The notes under the pieces: model-generated
The model's input: only the letters and a program-made list of their open reading frames with translations
Told to the model about the DNA's origin: nothing
Databases searched by the model: none
Shown here: positions 38,621 to 51,184 of the stretch, piece after piece
Layout of the letters: each line of letters begins with the position of its first letter
Position numbering within the stretch: the stretch's first letter is position 1
Source of the DNA: Magallana gigas
Taxonomy: Eukaryota
Direction: 5' to 3'
DNA: 64,000 nucleotides
Assembly (NCBI RefSeq): GCF_963853765.1
Contig: NC_088854.1
Coordinates: 18,166,001 to 18,230,000 of the forward strand
Program-made: the position numbers and the translations under genes

Positions 38621-41500
38621 TTATCTTAGAAAAATAAAAAATATTGGAAAGACCTCTTTATTTGGAGCTTAAATGCATTTTGCTTTCTAAATGTTCTCTT
38701 ATGACAGAATACCATAGCATGGTAACCAGAAAGAATATCCAAAGAAAACATTCCAGAACAGAAAAGTTAGAAGTGATGAAAATTGGATTAAGACCAAGGG
38801 AGCAACAGCTTGGTCAGAAGGAAAATGGAGACTGAAGAACTGTCCATGTTTCAATTTTCCACATGGGCGGGTAAAGTTAACAGAAAGAAAGAAGTTCTGA
38901 ACATATGTAACTTCCTCTGTAATTTAATAGCTAATTTGTATAATAGCAAGAACCAAAAAGTGTTAAGTTGATAATACACGTATCAAAAAACCCAATGCAT
39001 CGTCTAAGAACAAAGGTACATGACCTTGGAACATTTTATATGTAGATGATTTTACGTACTATGATAAGGATGGGTTATTACTATAGAATATGAAATTATC
39101 TACCTGCATGAACAGAAGGTAACCTGCATAAAAAGAAATATTTTAATGTCAAGTACCGTTATCTATGACTGTACATTTTTTAACACACCACATTAACGAT
39201 AAATATAGAGTTATTTTGTTGCCAATGCATTTTTGTAGTAATTAAGAATCAATAAATATTCAATGTTCTATGTCGTGGAGAGTAAAACATACCGCTGGGA
39301 CGTTTGTTGCAATTCATTCTGAATAATTACTCAGTTTAATATCTTTGTTATAAAATGCATTAAATTTGGTCCATCATAAAAAAAAATGTTCATGTACACT
39401 CATAACGCACTTTGAAGACATATCAAAGTGCATTGACATAATGCTATTTAAACTTTTCTTTCAGTGTGTCTAATTTTTTTTTCAAGGTGCGTTACATCGA
39501 TTGCAATACCTTTTCATCTTTATTTACAAAATGTGTCATTTGTTTTGGGGTACTATAGTAAGTTAATTAATTATTCAACTCATAATACATAACTCATAAT
39601 ACATGAAACAAAATGTGAATGAATGGTTCACAAACCAATAACAAATGAGTTTTATATTGGTGTATTTTCCCCTGTGTTATTAAAATCTCATGTAAAACTA
39701 ATAAACATACATTTATGAATAACTAGGCTTCGAGTAACATCTGTATTTCTTTAAAAAAAAAGTGGATTGATCAATTTTGAAATTTGGCATTAGTAAACAA
39801 AGACTTCTGCGCATTCAGCAGAAATCCGATTGCACAAGAAAGTAAAAATTCCTTTAGATGACCTAGTATATTCTATTAACAAAATATAGCAAAGAATACC
39901 TGATAATGTATTTTTGATTTGCTGAAAACTCAATAAAATAGAGGTACAAATGTTAAAAGCAAATTAGTTTTTCTGCTCGTTTTTGTTTTATAGGTAGTTT
40001 GATGTCTCTAGGTAATGTCTCTGCAAATCATAAAGGGAAACTTTCTTGAAGTGAGGATACTTTTACTTGCCACCATCAATGATCATAGTTAAATTTGATC
40101 TTAATCAAGCAAGTATTCATAATTATTTTTCAATTGAAAATTTGAATTACTAGTATTCTATTGACATATTACATTTGAAATAGAAAATAAGAATATATCC
40201 GAAATCATAGTAATCCTAAAATAATTGTATGACAAATTTTCAATAATTGATTCTTGCGTGAAAACAATTAAAATATAAAGTAAAAGTTCTCCTAGACTAA
40301 GTTTTGGGTAAAATTACGAGGCATACGGTGTATTTTTTCCAACATAAACTAAGTGAGCAAGAGAGCTGGGCCCAAGGTAAATAAATTATGCAATAATTTA
40401 AAACAGTAATTAATTAGGGTATAAGAATTTATAAAAGTATAAAAAGACATTGTGTTCCTTCAAAGTAAGCAAATAATGTCATTTTTAATATGTTTTATTA
40501 TCGTAAAAACCCGGAATTCACATTTAAACGTGTATTTTTTTGTCCTTTTCAGAAAATACGATTAAAATAAAAAATGCCTCCTCAGTTTTTCCACCTTCTA
40601 AGATCTATTGGGTAGCTCAATTTTTTTCCGAACAAAAATAAGAACAGAGACTGTTATGACTTAGGGATTTTTATCCCCTAAAAGCACTGATATATGTTTG
40701 TTTTTTATTTTTTCAATATAATTAAATTTTCGTCATAGTAAGTTTTCATACTGAGTGGGCGATTAGGAGCAAAAAAGACAAGATCCATCCCAGTTAATTT
40801 TAAACATTTTCAAAAATGTTATGAGAAGCTAAATTTTTTTTTTTTTCAAATAATATTTACACGAGCATTGAAATATATTTTGTTCATTGTTACATCTACA
40901 TTAATTTTTTATTTTTAAACGTGGATAATTTAATACTTTGATGACAATTAAAAGAAAGAAAATATAACGGTTTAATTTAATACTACATGTATTGAAAAAA
41001 ATATTATTGGAAGCCCAAATCTATTTTATTTCAAAAAGGAAAACCAAACATTTGTCAGGAATTCTTGTAAAAGTTTGTATTGAGGCGATATTATTATACT
41101 ACACTCGCAGAGCAACATATTGCAGAATCTGACGCATGCCATAAACCAACTGATGCATAGTTTTAAAAGATTTTAAAACAAGGAGCATGTTTAAAATTGA
41201 GAAATATAAAAAAAAAATTAAAGAAATGATTTCCATCATTTTCAAACTTACATATTATTGAAAAATCTTTTGAATGAATCATATTGCATCCATTCAATCC
41301 AAATGCCTTTACTTGATATAACGATAAAAAAAACTTACTTCCCAAACAAAAAAATCAATGAAAATTGGAAATCAAATTAATCTCCCAATAAAGGAAAATA
41401 ATTCTGTACCATGGCGTTCCATAAGGATAGGTCATTCCAGAACATTTCTTCGAATTCCCCTAATCTCAAACTTACTCAATATCAATTCAACAAATACTAT

Positions 41501-41657
41501 AGCATTGAATCATGATTTTTTGAAGTATACACTCTCATAACTGCAGCGGTGTGTGCATACAAATTGAGTAACGCGCGTTAGCGCGTTATGAAAATTTGTA
41601 TGCACACACCGCTGCAGTTATGAGAGTGTATAATTCAAAAAATCATGATTTAATGCT
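41501..41657. repeat. 157-bp near-perfect palindrome, core of a probable ~700-bp mobile element (~41355-42025)
   Basis: agcattgaatcatgattttttgaagtatacactctcataactgcagcggtgtgtgcatacaaat is mirrored by atttgtatgcacacaccgctgcagttatgagagtgtataattcaaaaaatcatgatttaatgct; centre taacgcgc-gtta-gcgcgtta. Confidence 0.88.
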
Positions 41658-42364
41658 TATATTTACATTTTTTAACTTCTTGCCTCGTCTGCAAATGTGA
41701 TTCATACCTTAAAATTCCTATCTTATCCTAAGGGTAAGTTAATATTAATGGAAGAGCCACAGTAACAGCCACCAGCGTGAACTTTGATTTTCGCTTGTGA
41801 CGTTGCAGTTTACAGCGGTCAACGTTTGTGACGTCATAATAAAATTCGTCAATTTGACCTTTGACTACTTGTTGCATTTAGAGGCATTTGAAGATCACAG
41901 AATTTAATGGAAAAACACAGTAGAATGTAAATATATAATCATACTGTATCATTTTTGTTGAGCATGATATTGTAATAAAACAGACAAGTCTCGCATGTGT
42001 TTGATTTATGCCATGTGTGTTTGTTTCATCATTTTTGTAGACGGTAGTTTTTTATTCGTTCCTTTCCCCCTACTTTAATTAGATGTAAACTGTAATTTGA
42101 AGTTTTGCGATATATATATTTACAAGAAAATTGACTATTGGTGACTTTTGAACATATATATACATGTGTATAGTAAGTTTGTAACAAGTGGTTCTTATCC
42201 GAATATAAAACACCTTGGACAGGGAAAGAAAACATATCCCGATGTTGTAGCTAAAACCATATATAATATATATGTATGTTTGACATCAGTTATAAATCAC
42301 CCTGATGCCTTAAGATTTTCTATATTTGTTTATTTAATATACGAGTGAATATTTGTACAGTAAA

Positions 42365-43086
42365 CAGTGGCGTAGCTAGACCAGAAACAAAGTGCATGCT
42401 TAAAATGGCAGGGGGTCTGGGGCAGCCATGAGGCCCCCAATGGGTCCAGGACGAAGCCTGGTGGGGGCCAAGGGGGCGAAGGCCCCGGAAGCTCATGGAT
42501 TCTGACGAGTTTTAACACTTAAATCGTCGCAGAAATTGACAGGAATGCTCATTATTTAAGCATATTATTAGGCAGTTAAAATTGTTTTGGTTATGGTTTA
42601 GGCATAAAATAAAATCACAAAACTTATTAAGAGCTAAAAGAAGAAAAAACTTTTGACGTTTGTTTTGACCCACTTAAAGCTTTTATTCTTAACTGAATTC
42701 ATTTTCACCTAGTTTATGGCAATGAAAATCTCAATAAAGCTGCAATATTCTTTGGGGGAAATTTTAAAATGATGTGTAAAACTAAGTTCAAATGCAAAAT
42801 AAATCTTTGCTTTTTTAGGTACATGCATTGTGTACTGTTTCTTTAATATGGTACTGTAAGACCACATTGCGTTGTAATATGAGAAATAAGTGTATGCACA
42901 AAGATTCCGGATAAAGTAGGACCGAGTGACGGAAACGGGTTGATGGAATAACTAAGTATGGACCTTAATACTTGAATTCTTTTCTAAATTGTTTTTCTTT
43001 CTTTATTTTTTACTGAGTTTCTTCCTTTGTTCCCCAAATGATGTGCATGCTCAGGCATATAAGCATACATGGTAGCTACGCCACTG
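42365..43086. mobile_element. 722-bp MITE with hAT-like TIRs
   Basis: Perfect 13-bp TIR cagtggcgtagct / agctacgccactg; GC-rich subterminal block; no 8-bp target-site duplication recognisable. Confidence 0.7.
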
Positions 43087-46000
43087 GACTAAGTGTTTAA
43101 AGAAAACAAACAGGGTGCTTTGTACTGTACTGTCAACTTTGTAATTCATGAAAATATTTGTTTTATTGTTGTGTTGTGCTTATTGACAACCAGTCATTAG
43201 AAGATGTTACCTTCACAGGCCATACGGCTGATACTTGGTGGAAATAATAACAAACGTGAACTAATAACAAATGTGAACTGTATCGGTTTTTTGACATTTT
43301 TACTACACGCATGCCGACCATTCATTTCCTGCTTTCAAATCCCAACAAAGGAGGTCTTGGTAGTTTGGCTTTTCCACGTTTATTAAAGATAAGTGATTCG
43401 AAGAACATAGGTGAAAGACATTTGTTTAAACAATGGTTTGAATGTTACACGATACGGTACATTTATACAGAATAAATCACGGTGACCAAAATCGATTTCC
43501 TCTCGAAAGATATCGAATATCTTTGCTGTCTCAATAACCGTGCATGACTTACAATGTACATCACCAAAGACAGGATATCTTCTCAATGCAATCCATAGTT
43601 CTAAAAAGACACAGTTAGATTCAGGAAAGGGTGGGACAAGCTTACCCTTATAATCTATAGGTAATACGAGTAATACGAATAGGGTATTCAAGTGTGGTAG
43701 GCTTATTGAATGAAATTATGTCATGTAATTCAAATGATTTACTATCTATAGTATTTAAAGATTTCACGGTTTTTTTCATCATTTTTATGTACATGTCTTT
43801 TAATTGACATTTTGGCCATGGCGATTGATACACTAGTTGATGCCTGTACGTTTTGGTGGCTTGATTACAATAATCGGAAACAATCCATGGTCCAAAGTGC
43901 ACGTCGAGCGTATGTTCTTATCTGGCCAAGTACTATCATGGTCCATTACTCAATAGTACACGAGTATCAGTACATACATCCATGAATTAGATCAAGCAGG
44001 AAAAAGCATACGACAGTAAGTGGATTGGCATTTAACACACGACACGATATGCTCTGGTTGTCGGTGAAATATATTTCCTAGCTCGAGTCAGATACATGTA
44101 TACGTGTGCGATGTTTTGTGTGTGTTGAACTTCTTAGAATAAAGACATGCGGTCGTTGAAAACTAATGTTTACTTCAGTAAATATTATGAAAATTGACTT
44201 TAGATGATATAATATTGAATATTTCACACTCAAATAAAAAAAAACCCGAAAATTTGTATGAATTATGATAAACAGATGAGTCGGAAAATTACCATCAGGC
44301 GATTAGCATAAAGACTTTTAAAGTCTGTGAATCAAGTGTACGTGTGAACATCTCTATTGATTGTGCGCATGTACATGATCAGTCTAAAACAACATGGCTG
44401 ACAAACGTCGACAATTCACAATATGGACAGGAAAATCAGAGCCATATGCGGCGGTAGTACTGTACTTCAGGTGACTGTACCACGTGACTACACACAAAAA
44501 AGATAAACACGGATCTTGAGCACACTGGCGTTGATTAAGTGTTGGAGCAGGAAGCGGTGCGCCTGTACATGTAGAAACACAGAAACGCACTCGACACAGA
44601 CCGAGGTCCCTACAATGCTCTCTGTAGCTTCCCGTCCAGATCTCTACAGACAAGACCATACCCAAATAACACCGGAGCAATAGATAGAACATACATATTG
44701 ATCTTTGATATTCCGTGCTGAACGCACCGGACCTTTTTAGTACTCTTTAGCATAGAAACAATGAAATTTAAACCTTTATGACTATAGTATAACAGTATTG
44801 AATGCACATAATTATAAACATGTAAAAATACATGTAAGACAAAGCAAAAACATGTCTATTTGCCCTCTGGAACTCGTTACTATAAATCGTCTGTCGTGTA
44901 TCTTGGTTGGATTCCTGCCAAAATTTTAGAAAACGCACGGGTAATTTAAAGAATTTAACATATTATGACTTCAGATGTGAAAACACATTGAAATATCAAC
45001 CTAGATTTTTCATATGTATGATGAAAAGATACAAATGCACGATACTGAGAGTATTACAAAAGGGATATTTTAACTGACCTAATCACAGCTATTTAATGCT
45101 GCTCTGTATATATATATACGATGTATATACATGTAACTTATTTTTACACAGACGTGCATTAAGAAATTTTTGCACATTATCTACGATTTATTAACTTTTA
45201 AAGTACAACCTTATTTAAAATATCTCTTTTTTCACAACAGATGTCGGAACTTGCTCGCGTGCAAATGGTTAAAATTTTTCCGATTGGTTTCAGTCTTGTA
45301 CAGAATTCAATTATTATAACAGTTCATCTTGTTTATGAACGATAAGCACCATCATTTGTTTAAAGTTATCGTTAAAAATCATAATAATCGTGTAGCACCC
45401 TTCCTGATAACTTTCTTCATGTAATATAATTTTGCATTTCAGTAATAAGCATTGTCTTAGTTAACATGCTGAGACATAAATAACATGTTATGTGTATGTA
45501 TCTGGAGTAACTTGTATATAATGACAAAGAGTTCAAAAGGATAAATAAAGAGTAAATGTAATCAAGATAACTCTCCTACATTTTTGCCATAAATAATTTT
45601 TGCAACATTATTACAACTACATAATTATATTACCTGGAAAATAAGCTACGTATATATGTCAAAAAGAGGAACATACATGTATGTACAATGTACCTTCCAA
45701 ATTCAGGTCGCTTAGATTTGAAAATAGATTCAATGCTTACTTCTATTCTACGTTTTTATGAAAAATTTCTAAACAATTATAGATCAATATTCATTTTGTT
45801 AAGCCAATTTGATAAAAAAAAAAAATACATGCATGCAGTAGTTTATTTTTGGAATAACTAATATAGTCATATTTTAGATGGAAACAGCCCGATCATAATT
45901 ATCTCGGTCCTGATCGGTTACAATATTCTACCCAAATATCGGATACTATGACAAAGAAGCAAATAATTATTAAATAAATGCACATACATGATGTATAATT

Positions 46001-46259
46001 ATTAATCACTGTTAACTTCATTGTTATGTATATAATATTTGTTTTATCATTAAAGTCATGAACAATTTGAGAAAAACAATTTAATGGTCTAAGAAAATGA
46101 AAGAATAGTTTCATGTTAGAATTTAATAGCTAAATGTATAAACAAGTAACGACTGTTACGAAATAGTGTTCTGTTGTCGGCTGGAGAGTTCACCATTCAT
46201 ACTTCATGTTCACCACAGTCGGTTTTGCTTTGCCACTATGGACCATTTGGTAATAAAAC

Positions 46260-46348
46260 GCGGGAAATCGGTGTCCTAAAGATTAGGGGAATGACGCATG
46301 CGTAGACAATACCACAACTTCATGGCGGCGTCAAGAAAAGACTAGAGG
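46260..46348 (+). promoter_or_regulatory. Probable promoter and non-coding first exon of the EHMT gene
   Basis: Local CpG-rich island; palindrome ACGCATGCGT; CATGGCGGC; donor AGAGG|GTAGG at 46349. The next clear acceptor (51152) is followed by an in-frame stop before the main ATG. Confidence 0.5.
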
Positions 46349-49300
46349 GTAGGACATAGCAATGGGCTTTTCATTGTTTTTGTTTATCATAGCGATTGCA
46401 GTAGAAATATCAACAAACAGTGTTGATCTCTGATATTTAATAAGGATGATACAATGTCTATTTTTTGTCTCAGGTGGATTTTTAAGCTGTATGCTTGAGT
46501 TTTATCGAAGGTTTTCATCGTTGTTTTGTCCGCAAAGGAAGTGAAACTTCGATGGCTGAACACGTTTTGTCGAAGAAATATGCACGTGTAGACAGTTAGC
46601 AAATTTAACAAACAACGAGCATGTATATCGGCTATTTAGAAGTAATTTCATCTATAATTTACTAATTTGTTTTTGTTTTTTCTTGCACGTTGTTGCAGAA
46701 TTCATGCTTCTAACAATTGGTACAGTGTTGTTCGAAAATTATCGCACGTTTTCAGTATTGATTGTCACACCACGGAATTGTTTGTAGACGAAGCCCTTAG
46801 CACATCGAACATTGCACTCAATACACACGTCATATGAAAACTTATTTGACCAGAGATTTCTTTGTTTTGTTTGTATTTGTATATCTTTTTATTTTGATAT
46901 GGATCAGTGTTTTTTGTTACAGGAAAGAAAGAAAAGTAACAAGATTGTAATGATTAAAACTAATTATATATTGATGGATAAGAAAATTTGACTTAATAAT
47001 TTTTTAGTTTTATACATTTTGAAAGAACGGATAACTGCCATACATATGAATATATTTATAAAATCATTTTTTAATTGAGATGACCCAAATTCTCATGAAC
47101 CGAAGGAAAAGTTATGCTGGTCTGATTAAAAAAAAATTATATGGAACAAATGCATATTTTCTAAGTGCTCTCTTCAAAAGCTTTATAGTTGTTGTTTAGG
47201 CTTTCGGCAGTTTACTTGTAAATTGATCTTTTGATTATTTCATTGTCTAAGCATTAACTCTGAGGGAAGAGGACATTGTCACAAGAAATTCTTAATACCA
47301 CACCAACAGATTATAAAAAGTATTTCAATGTTAAAACGAAAATTTGATATCAGCATATTCCAGGTGTGTGTATGTCTATGTTGTAATGGTTAAAAGTTAG
47401 ATAATTTAAGGTAAAGTTGAGTGTTACGTAAGTGAAACTGAGTGTAATTGTCTAAAATAAAGGCTTCCCATACTATAGCTGCCTCAGTAATTTATCTACA
47501 TCTTGATTTATCGAATGCAATATAATATTTGACACTACTGCACATTAGGGCAAAAATGAACAGCAAACATACATATTTCTTTACATTTCCAAATCTGGTT
47601 ATTGACTCATTGGTTTTCTTTCATGCTCTTTGGTATTTTTTGTGATTTAATAGACTTCCTTTTCAATTGTCTTCATCTTTTGTCTTCATTGTTGCTGGTA
47701 ATCCAAAAAAAGATGCAATGTGACAAAATTTAGGCGGAGTTATTAATTAAAAGCAATTGTCTGAGACAGAAGTAAATATAATAGTTTGTGTTTTTAAAAC
47801 ACATGCTTTCACACTACACGGATAATCTATTTCCTTTACATTAATAAGATATTACAATTTGTAGAATCTTGAAATGTATGAAATATGTGTGTATGTGGAT
47901 TTATGTGTAAAAAAAAAAAAAAAAAAAAAATAGTTTGGTGACAGGATAAGTTGGTTAAGCAATTAAGTTTATCTTATTTTCAGGATAGTTATATCTTTAC
48001 ATATATATTGAAATAATGTAAAGTATTTTCAAAGTTTTGAACATGAATATATGATCATACTATTGAATACACTCCTAAAATTTTAACATTATCTAAATCA
48101 TTAGATAATTGTGATGGACCAATTCAACCAAAAGCAGTGAACTACTGATTGGTATTAAAAATTCAAATAAGTATATTTGTAATGATATTTGAGTAATCTT
48201 GCTCAAAAAGTCTTATTAATCCTTGCTAGTCATGAATTAAAAGTACATGTATACTTGATCTATTGTAGGGATAAGCAAGAATTTTTAAATATTAAATGGT
48301 AGGAGACTATAGTCGACTATCCCAAAGGTCAGTTCATACAGAATGGGCAAAGTGAAATTCATGTTTAATAAAAGGTCAGATTTATGGTATCATGAAAACA
48401 AAAATTGTGTCCAAAATATTTAATATTTAATTAATATATTTCTTTAAAAGCTTTGGATTTTTTCATTATCATATCTAGAAGAACAAAATTAAAGTGTCTC
48501 AAAGTAAAGAAAGGGAGATGGTGAGGAACCAAAAAAATTATACATAGAGAGAATTCAATGGAATTCAACCTATGATATATTATCTGACTGCATGTATATG
48601 GTTATCATTCCTATATTGTCTATTTTGCTTTAGTTTAATGAATATATGCAATTCCTTCACAGTTACACACTACAGATTTAGGATGAAGCTTAGTATTGGT
48701 ATTTATATACATAAACTATTTGCTACAGAACTGGAATTGAATGTCAGAGATGTTATCTGTAAGTGTAGAATCTCTCGCACCCCGCCGCCATCAAACCTTT
48801 ATAATGAAATATTTTTTAAAATGGGGAAAACGTTTTATAGTGTTTTGGTTTATTAAATTTGAAAATAGAATAATTATTACTTGCAACAATATTTATAAGG
48901 CAAAGAAAATTTACAATTAGTTTGTTGTAATGTTAATAGATAGAAGAAAATACAATGGAGAAGGCTGGGATTTGAATATGGTTTTCATGAATATGGAGTC
49001 AGATGCTCTATTTTTCTGTTGATTGCCTTTGACTGACCAGAAGAGAATCTAACCCAGCTCTCCTTAATTTCTAGCTGTTTGCTATCCACACTGTGTCCCA
49101 ATCACCAGCTCGCAACAATTCTTCCCCATTATTTGTCTTTTTTTTTTCAGAAATGAAACCACCACACATAGTAAATAAATACGTTATTTGAAAATCTTGT
49201 GTTTATGAGTAATTTGACTTTTTCAGTGGTCATACTTGTGTGTTGAAGAAAAATTTCTTATTGATTTGCTGATGTTGATTTACCCAGTCCTGAAAAAAAA

Positions 49301-51184
49301 ACTCCATAATTAATAAGATTTTGGGGAAAAGAAAGGGTGTGTGCAAACCTTCTAAAAACTGTATGTGACAGTTATTGTGCAAGTGAAGTGGGCAATGCAG
49401 ATGCAAGTAGTAAAATGAACATTTGTTATGTTGTTGATCCAAAGCAAAAATTTGAATTCAATTTTTAGATATTTTGCATTCATTTGTTATTGGTTATAAA
49501 TGTATGGAATGTTGAAAAGAATAGGGACTTGTATAAATGTTTTGTTTTCTTACTGGAACTAGTGTCAAACAACAACCTGTATGGTATTATTTTTTTATCA
49601 CTATAGTATCCACAATAATTGCACCCTATAAAGTCAACACAATGCCATAGTGTTTACAAATTTTCAGTTTGTATAGAACAATTTTGTAGTCATGACCTTT
49701 GTTACAAAGTTTATTGGTATGAAAATTTAACACATGATAATTTCACTGGTCCACAAGACTCATTCAGATACATATCATTGGCTTTCACATTTACCAGGTT
49801 TATGTTTTTACCTCTCAAGATTATGTAATTTTAAGTTTGTTTTCTTCCAAAATTTTATGTTCTTTGTTAGATGTAATACAATCACTGGATGAAAAAAAGC
49901 AAAATATGATGTCATCATGAGTTGGAATGTAGAGTGATTTTGGGGGGGGGGGGGGGATTGGGGTGTACGTCTGTAGAATATAGCTACATATTTATGAATG
50001 TAAAAATTGTAACACATTGATGTTAATTAATTTAATGTGTATGTTGCGATGAACGCTTTGCAAATGGTGAAGTGTTTGGAGATATATTGGCATGATATAA
50101 TTTTACATGTCACAGTTTGGTGATCACATTGAAGTTCCTGAAGCAATTTGATGCCTAAAGACAGTTGACTTTTGTAATACATGTATACACAATGTACTCA
50201 AAGAAATGTTAGCTTGTTTTCATTCATCACTGCATCTTATAAAGCAAAGTTTTGTTAAGTAGAATTAATCTCTTCTCCATTGAGACTACTAAAAAAGTTC
50301 TTAATTGACCTATTTAATTATATTGACAATTGCTAATGATCTCCATGATTTGCTTTGGTAGGTTTTACATCATTCTTTCACTATTGAAATGAGCTTATCA
50401 GCTAGTGTTAATATTCATTACTTTAAATACATACATGCATAGCCCGGAGTGTGCATTATAATTTGGATAGACATTATTAGAGGATAAGGTTCATTATGGA
50501 ATTCTTAGGCCCCTTGCAATCAGTGGAGCATGGTTACTTGTTTATATGCCTTATGTAAATGTAGGTCATGAGTGTGATTCTGTGTATACCAACTTCACAG
50601 TCAGTACTAAAATAGAAAGTTGAGATAGGGTACTTGGGCAGCAATTTTATCCAGTTTTTTAACCCCCAGTTTAAAGTTATTGGTCTGTGAGTTTTAAATG
50701 TAAGTGGAGAAGGATGATAGTGACTGCAAATACCTTGCTCACTTGTGTCATTACATTGTATGAAGGGTGTTCTTTTTTATGTGTCTCACCTCAGAGTAGG
50801 TCTAGTATTTGTATAGGCACTCAGATAAGGATACAGATACAGGATGTAGCAAAAGCTGTTGTAGCAAAGAGAAAATAGTATAAATTTCTTTTTGTTTTAG
50901 CTCTTAAGTTTTGTTGAGAGATTTGTTAAATATTTTATGGATTACTTAAGTGAATCCTTTATGTAGTCTTGCAAGCATTCCATTTGGTTTATTTCAGTAA
51001 CCAAGCACCTGTATCTTATTACATTGACTACCAAGTTGCTGTTCAATATTAAAGGATAATTCAGAGACAGTCATAATGTTTTCAGTTTATCTAATTGACA
51101 TGGATACATAGTAGGGAAAGAATATTGATTGATTGAGTAACTTGTTTTTCAGAAGTGGTGATGGTGAGTGGAGTGTGAATCAAA

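Noticed and set aside
38644-38835. 63-aa ORF at the end of duplication copy B
   Set aside because: The frame is not preserved at the matching position after copy A, and there is no motif.
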